A stretch of 64,000 nucleotides of DNA from Vicugna vicugna (lineage: Eukaryota): assembly GCA_013265495.1 (NCBI GenBank), contig MU058584.1:6228407-6292406 (forward strand). The letters are read 5' to 3'. Positions 38,111 to 52,079 of the stretch are shown here, piece by piece (position 1 is the stretch's first letter; every line of letters starts with the position of its first letter). The translations under genes were made by a program, and so were the position numbers. The notes beneath the pieces are model-generated. The model made no database searches, was not told the DNA's origin, and worked only from the letters and a program-made list of their open reading frames with translations.

Positions 38111-38894
38111 CGTCTCAGCTCTTTCAGCCTCGCCCTAATAGTCCAAATAAATGAAGTCTCATGTGGGTACCTTCTTTCCCAGTTAATGAAAATATTCACG
38201 TCCTCTCTTGAAAAGACCACATGTGTTGCAGTTACCAGCAGTGACTGAGATGTTGGCCATCCTCAAAGAGAGTCACAGTGTCTGCTCGATAAAAGCCATA
38301 ATTTTCCTGACCTGCTCTGGGCCTGGGCCCCTCAAAGAAAATGCAGGCAGACACTTGGCAACTGGGCTCTCCCAGACTCTCAAGCACAAGGCTGTGTTAG
38401 TGTTGGCAGTGGGGGATGGTTTGCTTCCTCCTTGTTTCATGAACTGTCACATCAGCCTCTTTGATCCTCCCAGGGTCTTGCGTGTGCCAAAATCGTTACT
38501 CCACAATCTTGCTCTGTTTCAGATAATTGCCAGAGAAAATGCTAAGGTCAGTAATAACCAAGGTAGGGGAATATTGCTCCCTGCACGGCATACTGTTTAT
38601 ATATTGCATACTCAGAAAGGCTCCAGAGTGGAGGCATTGCTTATTTTTATTGCTCCAAAGCCATGAAAGGGGGAAAAAGGGAATGAACAGAAATTGATAC
38701 ATCTGGAACGAGAACCAGGCATGATTTACTCACATTTTTACCTGACCTGAAATTGCTTATTTAGAAAAAGAAACATAATAAAGTCTCAGGAAAATGTCGT
38801 GAATCAGAGCCAGCATGATTTCACATTGGGGCTCCATAAACTTTGTTCAGGTAAAGCAACTGTCCAGGAAAACCCAATGAGCCAAAGTTAGCCC

Positions 38895-38955
38895 TGCCAC
38901 CGCGACCGTCACCATAGCAACAGTTTCCTAGCGCACTTCCTTGTGATGGCGCAGC
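38895..38955. promoter_or_regulatory. RFX X-box module with adjacent ETS-like site
   Basis: GTCACCATAGCAAC (38908-38921) matches GTNRCC-N2-RGYAAC exactly. It is followed by gtttcctagcgcac and cacttcct, within a local CpG cluster in unique sequence. Confidence 0.65.
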
Positions 38956-39329
38956 TTAGGAGACTCAAACACCCAGGGCTGCAAAAAGATGGAAACCTGC
39001 TGGTTCACTCAAGGCTGTGCTTACTAGGGGAGAGAGTGAGTGCTGGTTTGGGAAACTAACAGACAAGAGACTTTCACCAAAACATTACTTTATTGCCTCA
39101 AAAATTGCTTTGCCCTAACCACACTTTATATCACTGAGACACACAACTACAGGAAGTTAGAAGAGAAAAAAACGTTGATTAAAGACTTCCATCCTGCTTT
39201 AATGGTTCCCTTACCTCGTGCGTTCTTGGCACTTTGTAAGCAATATGAGCACAGTTATGAAGCAATTAGATAATAAATGCTATTCTTATAGCTACCAGCT
39301 GGAAAAGACTTTATAGAGGCCATCAATTT

Positions 39330-40216
39330 TTTTTTAATTAACTAAACTCCAGACTCTATTTGAATTTCATCTGTTTTTCCATTAAGTTCCTCTTTGGTTC
39401 CAGGATTCAATCCAGGAAAACACATTGCATTTACTTGTCATGTCTCCTGTCTCCTCTGATCTATGACCACTTCTCAGTATTTTCTTTTATTAAAAAATGA
39501 CTTTGACAGTCTTTATAGGGCATTTGCAAGGGATCCCGTAGAATGTCCTCCAATCTGAGTTTGCCTGACGTCTTTCTCCTGAGTAGACTGGAGTTGTAGG
39601 TTTGAGGGAAGAAGATCACAGAGGTGAAATGCTCGTCTTACCACATCATATTAAGAGTGCATGATAACCACATGCCGTTATTGTGATATTAATGTTTATC
39701 ACTTGGTTAATGTCCTGTTTTGCAGGTTTCTCCAGTGTAAAATTACTGTTTAACTTTTCCTTATTCTATTCATTGGGAGTGAGTCACAAAGCCCAGGACA
39801 TTCTCAAGGTATATGGTCAGAGTCAAGCTTCACCTCTTGGAGTTGGCACCATCTACACATTATTTAGAATTCTTGTGTAAGGAAGCTTTAACTCTTCTCT
39901 CCAATTCTTAAAATTCAATTCATCATTTATATCAGGTATTCATGTCTATTTATTTTACATTTTGGGTTATAATTTCATACTATATTATTAATTATGTTGA
40001 TCAAATTCCTCCAGATTTGGCCATTGGTAGTTCCTTTTGGTTTCTGCGTCGCTTTGGCATGTTCCCATCTATTTATCTGTTGAGCACTTTCTTCCTTTTT
40101 TGGTACCACAAGCTGCTCCAGGCCTATCTGCTATTTTGCCTGCCCCAGCTCTAGCATGGTGTTTCTCCAAGGAGCCCTCATTCCTTTTATTCGAGAATGG
40201 TTTTTAGAAACCAAAA
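39330..40216 (-). mobile_element. Old L1 3' UTR, L1MC-like
   Basis: ttccaggattcaatccaggaaaacacattgcatttacttgtcatgtctcc...agaatgtcctccaatctgagtttgcctga...tttctccaaggagccctcattccttttatt...tttagaaacca. Confidence 0.8.
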
Positions 40217-42339
40217 AGACCACCAGTTTTTACCTCCTTCATTGGTTAGACAAGGAAGCTGAGGTGCAAATGGGGAAACAAATTACCCAGGATCCGACAC
40301 TGAGTTAGTGGCATGTAGGAATGAGAATCTGGTCTGACTCTCGGTTCAACAGTCTTCCCTTTCCTGTAGCCTTTGTGACACATCTATGCTTCCCAGCCAG
40401 CTTGTGTGCTCCTTGAAGTTAGAAAGTATGTTTTCTACACTATTGTGCACACAACAGCCAATATATGCACAAATCAACTCTGCAGCACCCTCATTCAGCC
40501 TTACTTTTTGCTGCCCAGGTCAGACTCTCAGTAACTCTTGCCCTAGACCATTGCAATCTCCACTAAAATGGAGCCTTTCTTTTTCTCTAACCTGTCCAAC
40601 TCACTGTTGCAAGATCAAGGGTAGAAAAGCTGAGTTGTCATCATCTCTTACCCAACGCCATTTTATAGAATAAAATTAAACTCCACAACATTTCAACTTA
40701 TCCTCCTTTTCCATTTCTCTCAAATCTCAGTCTTTTAAAACCATCTTAGCAAACTTTATTATGTGATGTGTTACACAGAAAAGAGGGACCTTCAGATACA
40801 GACTTAGCTTTCATCTTTTTTATCACCAGTTTCATCTCTGTCTTTCACCAACTTCACATTTTTTTTTCCTGTCCCAGAAAAAGTGCCTTTTTCTTTCATA
40901 GGTTTTAACCAGTCTTCTATGGTCTTATTTCTCTGGACTAGTGTTCTATTAATTATCATCTCTGAGACTTAAATTTTTATTTTTTCTTCTTCTATTGGCC
41001 CATTCCATTGAACATGTTTATATATGAATTCTTTACCATCCTTGAAAAAAACCCAACCTCCCTTGTCCTTTTTTTCCTTCGCATTATGCTATTTTTTTCT
41101 TTCTATTCACCCTCATATTACTGTAAAGAAATTCTCCTCTATCTAGCGCCAGTTTTCCGACTTCTTATTGACTGATTGACTTACCCTAACTGGATTCAGA
41201 TTCCCCACCCAAATTCCCCATTTATTTACAGTATTCCTAAAGATCATGAATCATCTCTTTAAAATTTTTAATTACTTCAACACTCATTGTCACAGTAGGA
41301 AACAGCACATTCAAAGGGTTTAATTTGCAGTTTGTAGAGGTCAATTTTCTAGGAGATAGAGAGCAGGGCAGAGAAGGGTGGATAACTGATTTGAGGGATG
41401 TGAGGAGCAAACAGAATAACCAGCATAGTTACTTATCTGATTTAATATTTAGGAAGATTTTTCTGTTCACTTCTTAAAGTGGTTCCCATGCTCTGAGATC
41501 TGTAATGCCATCTCCCAGGTTCTTTCAATAATGCATTCATTTGAAAGAATATAGTGTGCCAACTATGCTGAGAGTATGCTGCTGGACACTGGCGGTCCAG
41601 TGATGAAAAGACAGATACTGTCCCTTCTTTCAGGGACTTTAAGTTCTGACAATTCCTTTTTCGTACACTCTACCAGCTCTTCTCTTACCCTCCTCATTTA
41701 TTATTGACGTTCCTCAAAATTCTCTCCTTGGGTCTCCCCTCTTCCTCTTATGACCCCAGGGCTTTTGTTCTCACATGTATGCAAGGACTTACAAATTTTA
41801 TTCTAAACTTAGACTCTTTGGCTTATTAGCAAAGGACTCAAGGTCCTCGTTATACTGGCCTCAACCTTTGTACTCTTATCTTCTTATTTTCTCTTATATT
41901 CTCTATGCTCTTCCCACTCATTAAGGATCCAACTCAGGGTTTTTGTTTTTTTTCCTTTTGTTTTAATCTGTTTTGTTCATTGATGCATCTGATGTGCCTG
42001 TAATAGTATCTGACACATAATAGGCACATGATAGATAAATATTTACTGAAAAATAACTGAATTGCTTCCATGAAAACAATTTGCTCTCTAGTCCCCAAGT
42101 GTATAAACCTGCTTATTTCTACACCTTTGCTCACATAAGTTTTTTTGCATCATCACCACCATCTGTAATCCAATCTTCCTTCAAGTCCCAACTCAAATAT
42201 CACTTCGCCTATGGGCCCTCTTAGATATCCTCTTATCAGAATTAATCCATTCATCTTCTCCACTGCCAGTATACCCTGTTAATATTTCTGCTTCCAGCAC
42301 CACTATCATGCCATATATTTTAGTTAGAAGTATATATTT

Positions 42340-42602
42340 CTTTTTCCAGCTTTTTTGATGTAAAATTGACAAATAAAAATTATATATATTTAAGGTGTAC
42401 AATGTATACATTGTGAGATGATTACCACAATCAAGTTAATTAACATATCCACCACCTCACATAGTTGTGATTTTTTTTAAGATCAACGCTTAGCAAATTT
42501 CAAGTATACAGTAACAATACTAACTATAGTCACCATGTGTGTACATTTGATCTCCTGAACTTATTCATTCTGCACAACTGAACCTTTGTACCCTTTGATC
42601 AA
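42340..42602 (-). mobile_element. L1 3' end (L1MA8/9-like) inserted in L2
   Basis: taaaattgacaaataaaaattatatatatttaaggtgtacaatg...attaccacaatcaagttaattaacatatcc...cttagcaaatttcaagtataca. Confidence 0.85.
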
Positions 42603-43589
42603 TAGACATATATATATTTCTTACCTCCTCCCACAACACCACTAAGGTTATGTAGGCTACTTATTCATCACTGTTCCTCCCCCACCTCTTCACAGAGCCT
42701 GTCAACGTGCTTTGTTACATTTAAGAAGATAAGCATTAAGTCACTGCTCAGATAGACAGATTCATCTCTCTCAGTCATCTAAAATATTTTAATATTTGTC
42801 TTCACACACTAGTAATGTGTGTAAAAAGTCCAGGTCCTGCCTTTGCAGGAAAGTAAGGGCATACTTCCTCTTTCATTTTGTAGTTCCTGAGAGTCATCAG
42901 AAGGTGCAGTGAAAAGTCCATGTCAGGTAGCACTAGCGGGATGCATCTCCAGGCTCTGAATCTTCAACACTGTGATGCTTTAAGTAGCTTGTCTGTGCTG
43001 TGAAATGTATGTGACCCAGCCCCAATGAGCTTGATTATATTGACAGGAAGCCTCATTGGTCCAGCTCCATATCACTTATGAAAACTGACTTTTGCAGGAA
43101 AAAAAATTATCCAAGAATAGAGTAGACATAAACAGAAATCCAGAATAAATTTTTCATTAGTTTGTAAGTATTAGAAGTGATCATGTCAGTCTACATGGAG
43201 ATAATTGAGGTTTGTTTGTAATGATTCAACTGGCCCTATTTTTGAGTCTATTTATCATGCCCTGTGAGTTAGAGATCAAACGCCAAGTCCAGGTTGGGCT
43301 TTAGAAACCCCGATCTGTCTCCCTTCTTTGTTCCACCATGAACATGTGGTGAAGAGTATGCTGCCCCTTCTTTCTTTGTGCCTTTTGGTCTTGATCTACA
43401 ATGGGTGACTGTAGTTATAAGAAACTTCTGCATGCAAGTTAATTCTTCTGACTTCTAGATCTGAAAAATCCTCCACCTCCCTCAGCTCACAATAAGCTAG
43501 ACATGAGGAGAACTGTAGCCTCCCAAGGACAGCAATAAACTTCCAACAATAAAAAAAAAATTGATTGATGAAGAAACAATGGCAGTGTG

Positions 43590-43990
43590 ACTTAACACTG
43601 GCCAGCTGTTAGCCAAACCCATTTACTTTTCTTCTGAGGCATGCACTTAGAGTATGTCTTCCAGCCTCCATTAAATCTATGTCTTATGATTGGCTTTTAA
43701 CCAATGGAATCCGAGTGGAAGTGATGTATACTACCTCAATGTCTGGCCAAAGAAATTTCTTGTGCTTCAACCTCCATGATTTTTTTCTTTGCAAAGCATG
43801 ATGCAGATGAAAGTGGTAGCTTGGAAGCTACACGATGAAGATCACTGAGTGACAAAATGAAAGGATCCTGGAATCTTGAATCACATCTTGGAGAAGAACT
43901 GGCCAGTGTTTAGGAACACCTCTTTAAGACTTACTGTTGTAAATTTCTGTCACTTTGGGTGTTATAAAAGCTCATGTTATCTTAAATAAA
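43590..43990 (+). mobile_element. MaLR solo LTR, MLT1I/J-like
   Basis: ttccagcctcc...ccaatggaatccgagtggaagtgatgtatac...gaaaggatcctggaatcttgaatcacatcttggagaagaactg. Confidence 0.65.
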
Positions 43991-46039
43991 AAGAGGAAGA
44001 GTCAGGAGACGTACTAAGAAATAGAAGAGTGGGATAAATGGTATAAAGGTTAGAATAGAGAGTGATATATATCAAATCTTATCCTGTATTAGTTGACATA
44101 GTTGGAGAAGTTGCTCATGCTAAGTTCCTCCAAAAAGCAAGGCAGCCTACTGGTAATAAAGTATAAGTTGATTTTTTTTTGTTGTTGTTAATTTGCTTTA
44201 GGCTTGGTCACTCATAGCCAGCAATGTGGAAAGGACAATTTAAAAACATAAACACACATTCATGACTCTAAGACTAAACACTATAATCTAATACTACTTA
44301 GGAAAGAAATACTCCTGTAAAGAAAATAATTTCTGGAAATACATTGTCGTCTCCACTAATTCCAACCTTTTTCATTACTGAAGAAAGTAATGTAACTCCT
44401 TAGAGTCACACCAACTCAAACATCTTCATTCCAGGGAAGATTTGCTCTTTGTTTGCTTAAGTAAATCTTTTTTGGGAAAGTTAGCCCAGGTCAAAAGGAT
44501 GCACTGCCTCAAACTTTATGTCAAACCTCCACTTTCCAGAAGGCATAAAAATATTTAAAACTTTTAGGTAATATAATTTTTTCAGACTCTGTGCAGAAAA
44601 GATTCCAAAGCATTGATCACTGGATCTGAACTGCATACTGTACACAGCATTCTTTTGGCCTTATTGTTTTTCCAAGGACAATGAGGTTTAATATCAGACA
44701 TGACACCCATCCAATTTTCATTATTCCCTTCACAAATGTTCTAGAGTTTACTACTGCAAAATATTGGCAGACAGATATTCTAGTTGCACCATCATACGTG
44801 AGATAAAAGTGAGGACTTAACAAAGTATTTTGAGGTGAACTCTACTGAGCTCAATATTATCCATGAGATAAAATATAAAAATCAATATGGGTTATTACCC
44901 AAGAATTTTACTCTTGCCTCTGGAAGAGTAGGTGTATTTGCTCAGTTATGCTGAGTAGCCTGGCATGTGCAGTACTGGTTTATAATCCTTCCAATATCAG
45001 AATCAATTCCAGGCCGCTGGACAAAGCTAGTAGCCAAGGCTTTTATGTGAACAATTCCCAAATGTGCCGTATGTAGCATGGCCAAGAAAATGTGGTGACC
45101 GCTTTCTGGAGGATCAGCATAATTTCTCCATGAAAGGGCATCTTTATGATCAAATAACTCGCAGTGATTAGTTTTGAGTAGCTTGAATTTATTTACTGAC
45201 TTCCTTCTCCTTACCTAACTGAAGATACAGATCAATCTGGTAACAAATCTAGATTTGTGACAAGAAGCGTAATAATGAAGAGAGAATGGAAATGACACAT
45301 GCCCACAAAGGACCAAGTGCTGTTCTCAGTGTTTAACCCTTGTATCAATTAATTTAAACACTAAGAAATACTCCAGGGTTACAATGATTGGGGGATTTAG
45401 CCTGGCCTTAGAAAAGACGACAAAGCAAGGAGGTTGATTTTCTTCTTCCTCACCATGACAGCCAGGATTTCTACAAAAATGTGTAAAAAAAAATTGTTGC
45501 CGTAGAATATCCTTTCTTAAACCAAATGTAGATGGTGTTTCAGGATCATCTGGGATCTGATGACCAAATACTACTCCAATATTATTTTTAAGAGCGTTAG
45601 TATCATCACTTAATTTTACTCAGTGCTTACTTTGACCAGGCTCTGCACTAAGTGCATTACTTATTCATTTCATTTATCTCTTTCAACAACCCTTTGGGAT
45701 AAATACGAGTTTGTTTCTAATTTAAGTTGCTTGTCCAAGATTACACAATTTTCTAAGTAGAAGATCTTAAAATTTCAAACTATGCACCCTCGCGGTCTCA
45801 ACATGGAGTGGGATTTAGTTTGATAGCCTAGAAAATATCTTCATAGTGATTAATCCAAACTCTTGAAACATTTTAAACAGTGGTGAATCAAGTGGCTTAA
45901 TTATGTCTGCTTGACTTTTATAAAAGATAAATACAGCCAGAACCAAGTAGTCCAGGAAATTTTGATGCTCTTGCTTTGTTTTTCAAGTCAATATAAAATG
46001 TAATTCATGACATTTCTTGTCATTTCTCAAAATATATGC

Positions 46040-47690
46040 ATTGAATAATATACTTACAGTTCTAGTAAATTGATGGATTATATAATCTATGAACTCATCT
46101 AATACAAAAATGGAGAAATGCTAGATAAAATAGAGCAAGTGTTCTTTTGAAGTCATGGCTGAGAATAACAATCCGTAGGTGCCTGAATCAGAAGGGAGAC
46201 TGAAAACCAGTGGGGGAGGAAAAATGGTAGAATACATGTGTATGGAATGCATCTTTAATTAAATAAAGGACATAGTTTCTGTTGATCTTATAGAGACAAA
46301 GATGATGCCTTGGGTTCAATGTAAGGCAGCAAATTAAAACAAAGACCATCTACACATATCTTTAATCCCAATGCATTGTATTTTTAATTAAAGGACAGAC
46401 TGGAAAAAAAAATCTACCATAGATATACAACATAGCAAAGAAGCTTATATGCCACTATTTTTTAGAGAATGGAGTCTCTCCTGATAATTTATAAATATGG
46501 TACTCTTTTGGGCAAGTGATTGAGATAGTAAAATTTGTCTATACTCTTCGGTCACTTGGCAGATGCAAACACAAAACTACTCTGAAATTCTATCTATAGA
46601 TACAAAGATTCTCATAGAAAAAAACTTACCCTATTTAAAGATACATTCCTAAAAAATGAGAAAGATCTGTAAAAAATTAAAAATAAAGATATATTCCTAC
46701 AAAAAATTATAAAGCATTTAAAGAAACAATCTTCCATGAGCAAAAGTTAGCAAATATGACAAACAGCAAGCTTAGAATCCCCATGAACTGAGTTAATTGA
46801 ATTAAAATATGAATTATAAAATGATTATTCTAAAAGCATTTGAAAAGAAATAAAGGTCAAATAAATGAGTAAGACATCATGAAAAGAAATTTACATATTT
46901 GAAAAAACATGGCTCATTTCAGGAACTGTTTTTAAAAAGTGACTGAAATTGAAACTTGGTGATAGTTTAAACAATAGATAAGAAATATTTAAAGAGAAAT
47001 TAGAACATGCAAGAAATAAGAATATTTCCAAAATACAGCACAGATTGATAATTAATGGGACAAAATACCATATGTATAAAAAGGAAGATAAGAAACGTGG
47101 ATGATAGAATGTGAAGGTCCAGCATTTATTTGATTGGAGTGCTGGAAGTAAATAATAAGAAAAAGGTGGAGAGAAAATATAATAAAAGAGACAGTGTTTC
47201 AAAATTTTCTAGAATTAATGAATGAAACGAATCCTCAGATGTAAACTTCACAATAACTTCCAACACACAAATAAAAATAAATCACACTTGCACATACTGT
47301 GGTGAATTTGCAGAACATCAGAGACAAAGACCAAATCTTTAAAACATCCAGATAAAGATGGCATGATCTGCAAAGCAACAGCCATCAAAGTTAGAAGAAA
47401 GATTTCAACAGCAACAACACAGGTCAAAAGAAAATGCAGTAACATTTTCAGAGTACTAATGAAAACTGATGCTACCTAACATTCTATATACTAGCCAAAT
47501 TATTCATGCAAGAGTGAAATCACAATAAAATGTTTTTAGTCAAAAACAAAGAATTTATCATTCAGAAACTTTTACTAAAAAAAATTGTCTTAGACAGTGT
47601 GGTGATGGTGCAGGATGGACAAACAGACAGATGGGGAATGTAATAACTCAGAACCATATCCAAGCCTTTTAGGAAACTTGATATAGATCC
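46040..47690 (+). mobile_element. Old L1M/HAL1-type 5'/ORF1-region remnant
   Basis: Long A-rich sense-strand L1-like text (gaaatgctagataaaata; gatagtttaaacaatagataag; aaaattttctagaattaatg; gatttcaacagcaacaacacag...aatgcagtaacattttcagagtact); no intact ORF. Confidence 0.7.
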
Positions 47691-50600
47691 CTTGCCAGCA
47701 CAGGGAATTTGAATTCAAATTTTATGGTTGATTATTTAGAAAGGAAAGTAAATGATTGCTGCTTTAAGTTGTATCTCTTTGGTTAATAGTAAGGGTGAAA
47801 ATTTCCCCATATATATGTCTCCTCTTTTCTTGTTCATGACTTTTGCTCAGGGAAGGACATATCAAACAGTTAGGGATGTGCATTTTTCCCAAGTAGTCAG
47901 GAGAACCCTCATGGATGATTCAATTAAAACAAGCCACAGATACATATTGTATTAGGTAGAACCCTTAAAATGAACCATCCTTGAATTAGCTGACCTTGGT
48001 AGAACTAGCAAAAAAGATTCAGAGCCAAATTGAGAAGTATAAATTGATTTTTCCCTTGTTTATAAAATAAATTTTTAAAATTTTTTTCACGCACATTCAG
48101 TTGACTCACAAAAATAATAAAAGAAAAAATAAATATTAAATATTTGAGATCCTTTGGAAAACTTGAATTTCATTTTCCTGTTTAAGTTCTCTTTATCAGC
48201 ATTGAAATCATAGAACATAACTAGCCTCAAGCTAGGAAGGGAATTAACATACCATTCAGCTTTTGCAAAATATCACATTATAATAAGCAAAGTCATCACC
48301 AAATCTGTAGGAGTACAGCTATTATCAACATAAATTTTGTAAAAGGGGATTGAATAGATAATCCTTTGTTTAGACATTTTTGTTGCTCCCTGAAACCTCA
48401 AGATGAAAACAAAGGAGATTGCTGAACTATTTCCTAGACCTAAGATTTAATCTTTGCCATATTGTACAGTGTTTGCCCTAATGCCTTTAAACTTGAAATG
48501 ATCATTATTTAAAAAAAAAAATCTCTTTAGGGCATAAAATGCTAGTTGGTTCTTATTCACGGCCTCATTTGCATTTCTGGCAATAAAAGGGGTTTTCGAT
48601 GATAATTATGATGCTTAAGTCTTGCATGTGGGCTAATTTTTTTTTTTAACTGAACGTTTTCCTAATGAAAAGTATTTTTAGTTTCATTTTCAGTGAGTTA
48701 CACCCTAAGATAAAATTAAAATGCCATGATAAAAACAAATGCGTTTAAAAGAAGGATGAAAAATTATCTAAATAAATAGCTATTGATAAAAGAGAACTAA
48801 AGGATTCCTTCCTACATTACTCTCCCATTGACCTTGGCACATCCTCGCCAAAACCATACCCAGAAGAAACTTGAGCCCAGTATCAAGGTCTCAAGTCTTA
48901 AATATTCAGACCTTCACCTGAAAACTCAGGCCCCCCAGGGGCTGAGACCTGAGGTCAGTGAGAGAAGGGAGAATGGAGACTGCAAAGACAGCATGGACAG
49001 CATGGAAAGAGGCGGGCTGGGGCAAGGCGCTCGATCCCTCACCTGTACAATGGTAAGAGAATCGCTTACCTTTTAAAATTCCAACTATGATTCCATGACA
49101 TAATTTAAGGGGCTCAATATTATATTTAGCATATATTCAGTACTCAGTGAGTAATAGCTATTTTTATTCCCTCTGGAGAGGAAGCAGAGGAAATGTAAAA
49201 AGCAGAAAAAGAGGAAAAGGGAGAAAAACAATGACGATGAAGAGGGAAACAAACAGCAAAGGAAAGGTGGGTGTTCAGGTAAAAGCTCGTGGGGAGTTTT
49301 CTGACTTGAAAGTGAATGACCGAGACGCTGCAGGTTGCGATGTGACAGGGACACTCTCTGGTACAGTGCGCTTTATCTCCCACTGGCTTCCCATCCGCCT
49401 TCAAACCTGAAGCAGACACTGTTGAGTGAGAAAAAGTCAGGGGATGTAAACAAGGAAAGATATGAGTCAGCGAGCAAGGGGAAAATAGAAGCCAGAGGAA
49501 GAAAGAGGAGACACAAATAGAAAAGTGCTGGGAAGATGAAGGACAAAAGGAACAAAGACAAAGTTAAATTCTTGGTAGTGATACGGACTAGCAGGCAAAG
49601 GACCACCAACTGTCTTCATTAATTTGAAAAACAAGCAGATCTTAGCCCTGTTAGTTTTGTAGCTTTGACCTTTAAGGTTTTTTTTGGTTTTTGTTTTCTT
49701 TTTTTTTAGGTTTATGAGTAGGCTGAATCATGATAAATGCCTAATTTAAAATTGATTTAGCTGCCAATCGCCTCTCCTGTGAGAATCAGCTGCCAACTCA
49801 ACTCTAAAACAAATAAAAATACTTGGAGTAATCCATTCAGCAACAGAAAAACATATCTCTTTCTTTCTGGTACACTGGAGACAAAATTAATTAGCTCTGT
49901 TAAGGAGAGAGAGGCATAGAAAGGCAGAAGCCTTATAAGGGAACGGCTGGATTGGGGGCTCCACTGTCAAAGGCATGGAGAGGATTCAAAGAGCATTTCT
50001 TGATCGAATTCATGGTTCAAGCATTGAAAGTCAGCTTTTTAGGGGTCACATGTCTTGGACATTATTGCACATCAAACATTTTATTTTCAGGACATAGTGA
50101 CTGGAAAGGTTTCTCATTCCAACCAACGTGAACAAACAAACAAACAAACATTGCGCACCTCTACCTTAATCCCATGCCAGCAGCCCTGCTGGGAACAACT
50201 TGCAAGATAAAACATCTTTGCAACAAAACACTATTAACTCTCTCCTTTTGGCCACTTCATTCTTCTCGCTTCAGTAAGGCTCTTTACAGGACTGCAAAAC
50301 GCCCTATTTGTTAGGAAAGACCTTGACTCCATCCCGAGCAAATACAAACAGCAAAATTATTCTAACAAACAATGTAAATTGGTGTTCTCTTCAATCTGCT
50401 TTCTTTGTGCCTAATTGTTGGCAGGCCGGAGAAGCTCAGGGCCTGTGGCAGAAGAAGAAAGAAGTGTAGGAAGCCTGTGAGTTCCAGCTATCTGGGAGGG
50501 ATTTCTGGACAGGGAAACCCAGATTCCTGGCTCCAAAGGGTTTGAATCCCTGGTTGCTTTGGGAGAGTGTCCTGTTTGTGTTGGAGGTGTCCCAGGGCCG

Positions 50601-50799
50601 GCTTTCACTGCAGAACTTGAGAGATGTTGCCTTAGGGTTCAGTGCCTTTCCCAGGCTTGTTAAGTGCCATTCACTCATTCCTTCATTCAGCACCCCTGAC
50701 TCAGAGCTAGGAAAATGTGAGCTAAGGAACACCGCCGGAGCTGTCCAAGGAGATGAAAAGGTCACTGGCTCTGACCTTGTACAGGCACAATTATGCTAT

Positions 50800-51020
50800 A
50801 GAGGATGATAATACAGAAATTAATTGAAGTCAGGAAGTTCTGGGTCTGTGTCCTACATCCTCCATTTTCCTGTATGACCTTCGGCACATTATTAACTTGT
50901 CTTTTTTTTCAGATGTGAATAATAGTCCTTAATTGTAGGAGTATTATGAGCCTTAAATGAGATAATGCTTGACCTAGCACGTCATTGCCTAACGCACTGC
51001 CTGGCACGTTGGAACTGCTA
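50800..51020 (+). mobile_element. MIR SINE
   Basis: ctgtatgaccttcggcacattattaac...attatgagccttaaatgagataatgc...actgcctggcacg. Confidence 0.75.
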
Positions 51021-52079
51021 TCAGGGTTTTAATAGTCCAATACTTAATAGTCCAATAGGAAGGCATATCTCTTCCTTTCTTCAGATCCCTAAATTAAGAT
51101 AAAGAAGCACAGTACTATTACTGCAGAGAATAATTTCATCTCTAATAAACACTTCCAGAGATCATTCTAGGTGGATGGAGTAGAGCCCAAAGCACCTTTG
51201 CCAAGAGGTCTCAATCTTTGGGTGTCTGAAAGCAGCTTATATTCATTAAATCTCTTTTGTTCCCACCCGATTGCCAAGCGCTTTGTGAATATGAACTGAT
51301 CCCAAGAGAGACTGAAGCCTCTTATCTCTGAGAGGAGCCCTCTTTCTCCACCCAGCCCATCCTGCCAAACCCAAGACCTCTCTGGGCTCGCTGAGAGCTG
51401 AGCGTCGCTGAACCTCAGAGTTGAAAGGCTCCTTGGAGGTCATCAATCTCAGGCCTGCTCCTTTGCATGAGCCAAACCACATAAGACACATAGGTTAGTT
51501 TCCTCTCAAAGTCTCTTTTTTTTTTTTTCAGGGTTTCAGATCCCCAGACTTTCATGGAACAGGCCGAGTGACTTTTAAAGGGTTACCTGTGAGTTATCAT
51601 TTAGTCAAGTGAAAAAACTACGGCTCTGTTTGGGGGCTCCCAGTAGCTGAGCATCCCTGAATTGGCTCTGGGTGGGCGGCATAGTGTCAGGAATCCCGTG
51701 GCTTTTACCATCTCTGCAGTATTACAAGGTATGCATTTGCTCTGTGTGTACTCTTGGGAAACACATTTCTATGCATAAGTTCATGCAAAGTGGTAGCAGA
51801 AACAGCCACCAAAAGGTTCTGGTAAGGGGTGACCAGGAGACAAGGAGAGGGGTCTCCAAACCATCTCCAAAGCTGAGATGGAGGCAGAAGACGAAGTACC
51901 TTTTCAAATAACAGTAATCATAGTAATCAGAGCCAGCTACGCCAAGAAGTAAAGGGTTAAGCGATGTTGTTCATTGTCACATGATGCTGGGAAAGAGCTG
52001 AGCAGGAACCTCAGGGATGGGGAGGAGGCACATCTTGCCTGCACATGTGGCCTCTACCACAAACACTTCAAAGTGCCTC

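Noticed and set aside
38208..38666. 152-aa ORF next to the RFX module
   Set aside because: TTG start, no recognisable homology and no consistent splice boundaries.
17200..39041. Assigning a gene symbol to the putative first exons
   Set aside because: No coding exon or transcript sequence I can match with confidence. A BLAST or synteny search is required.
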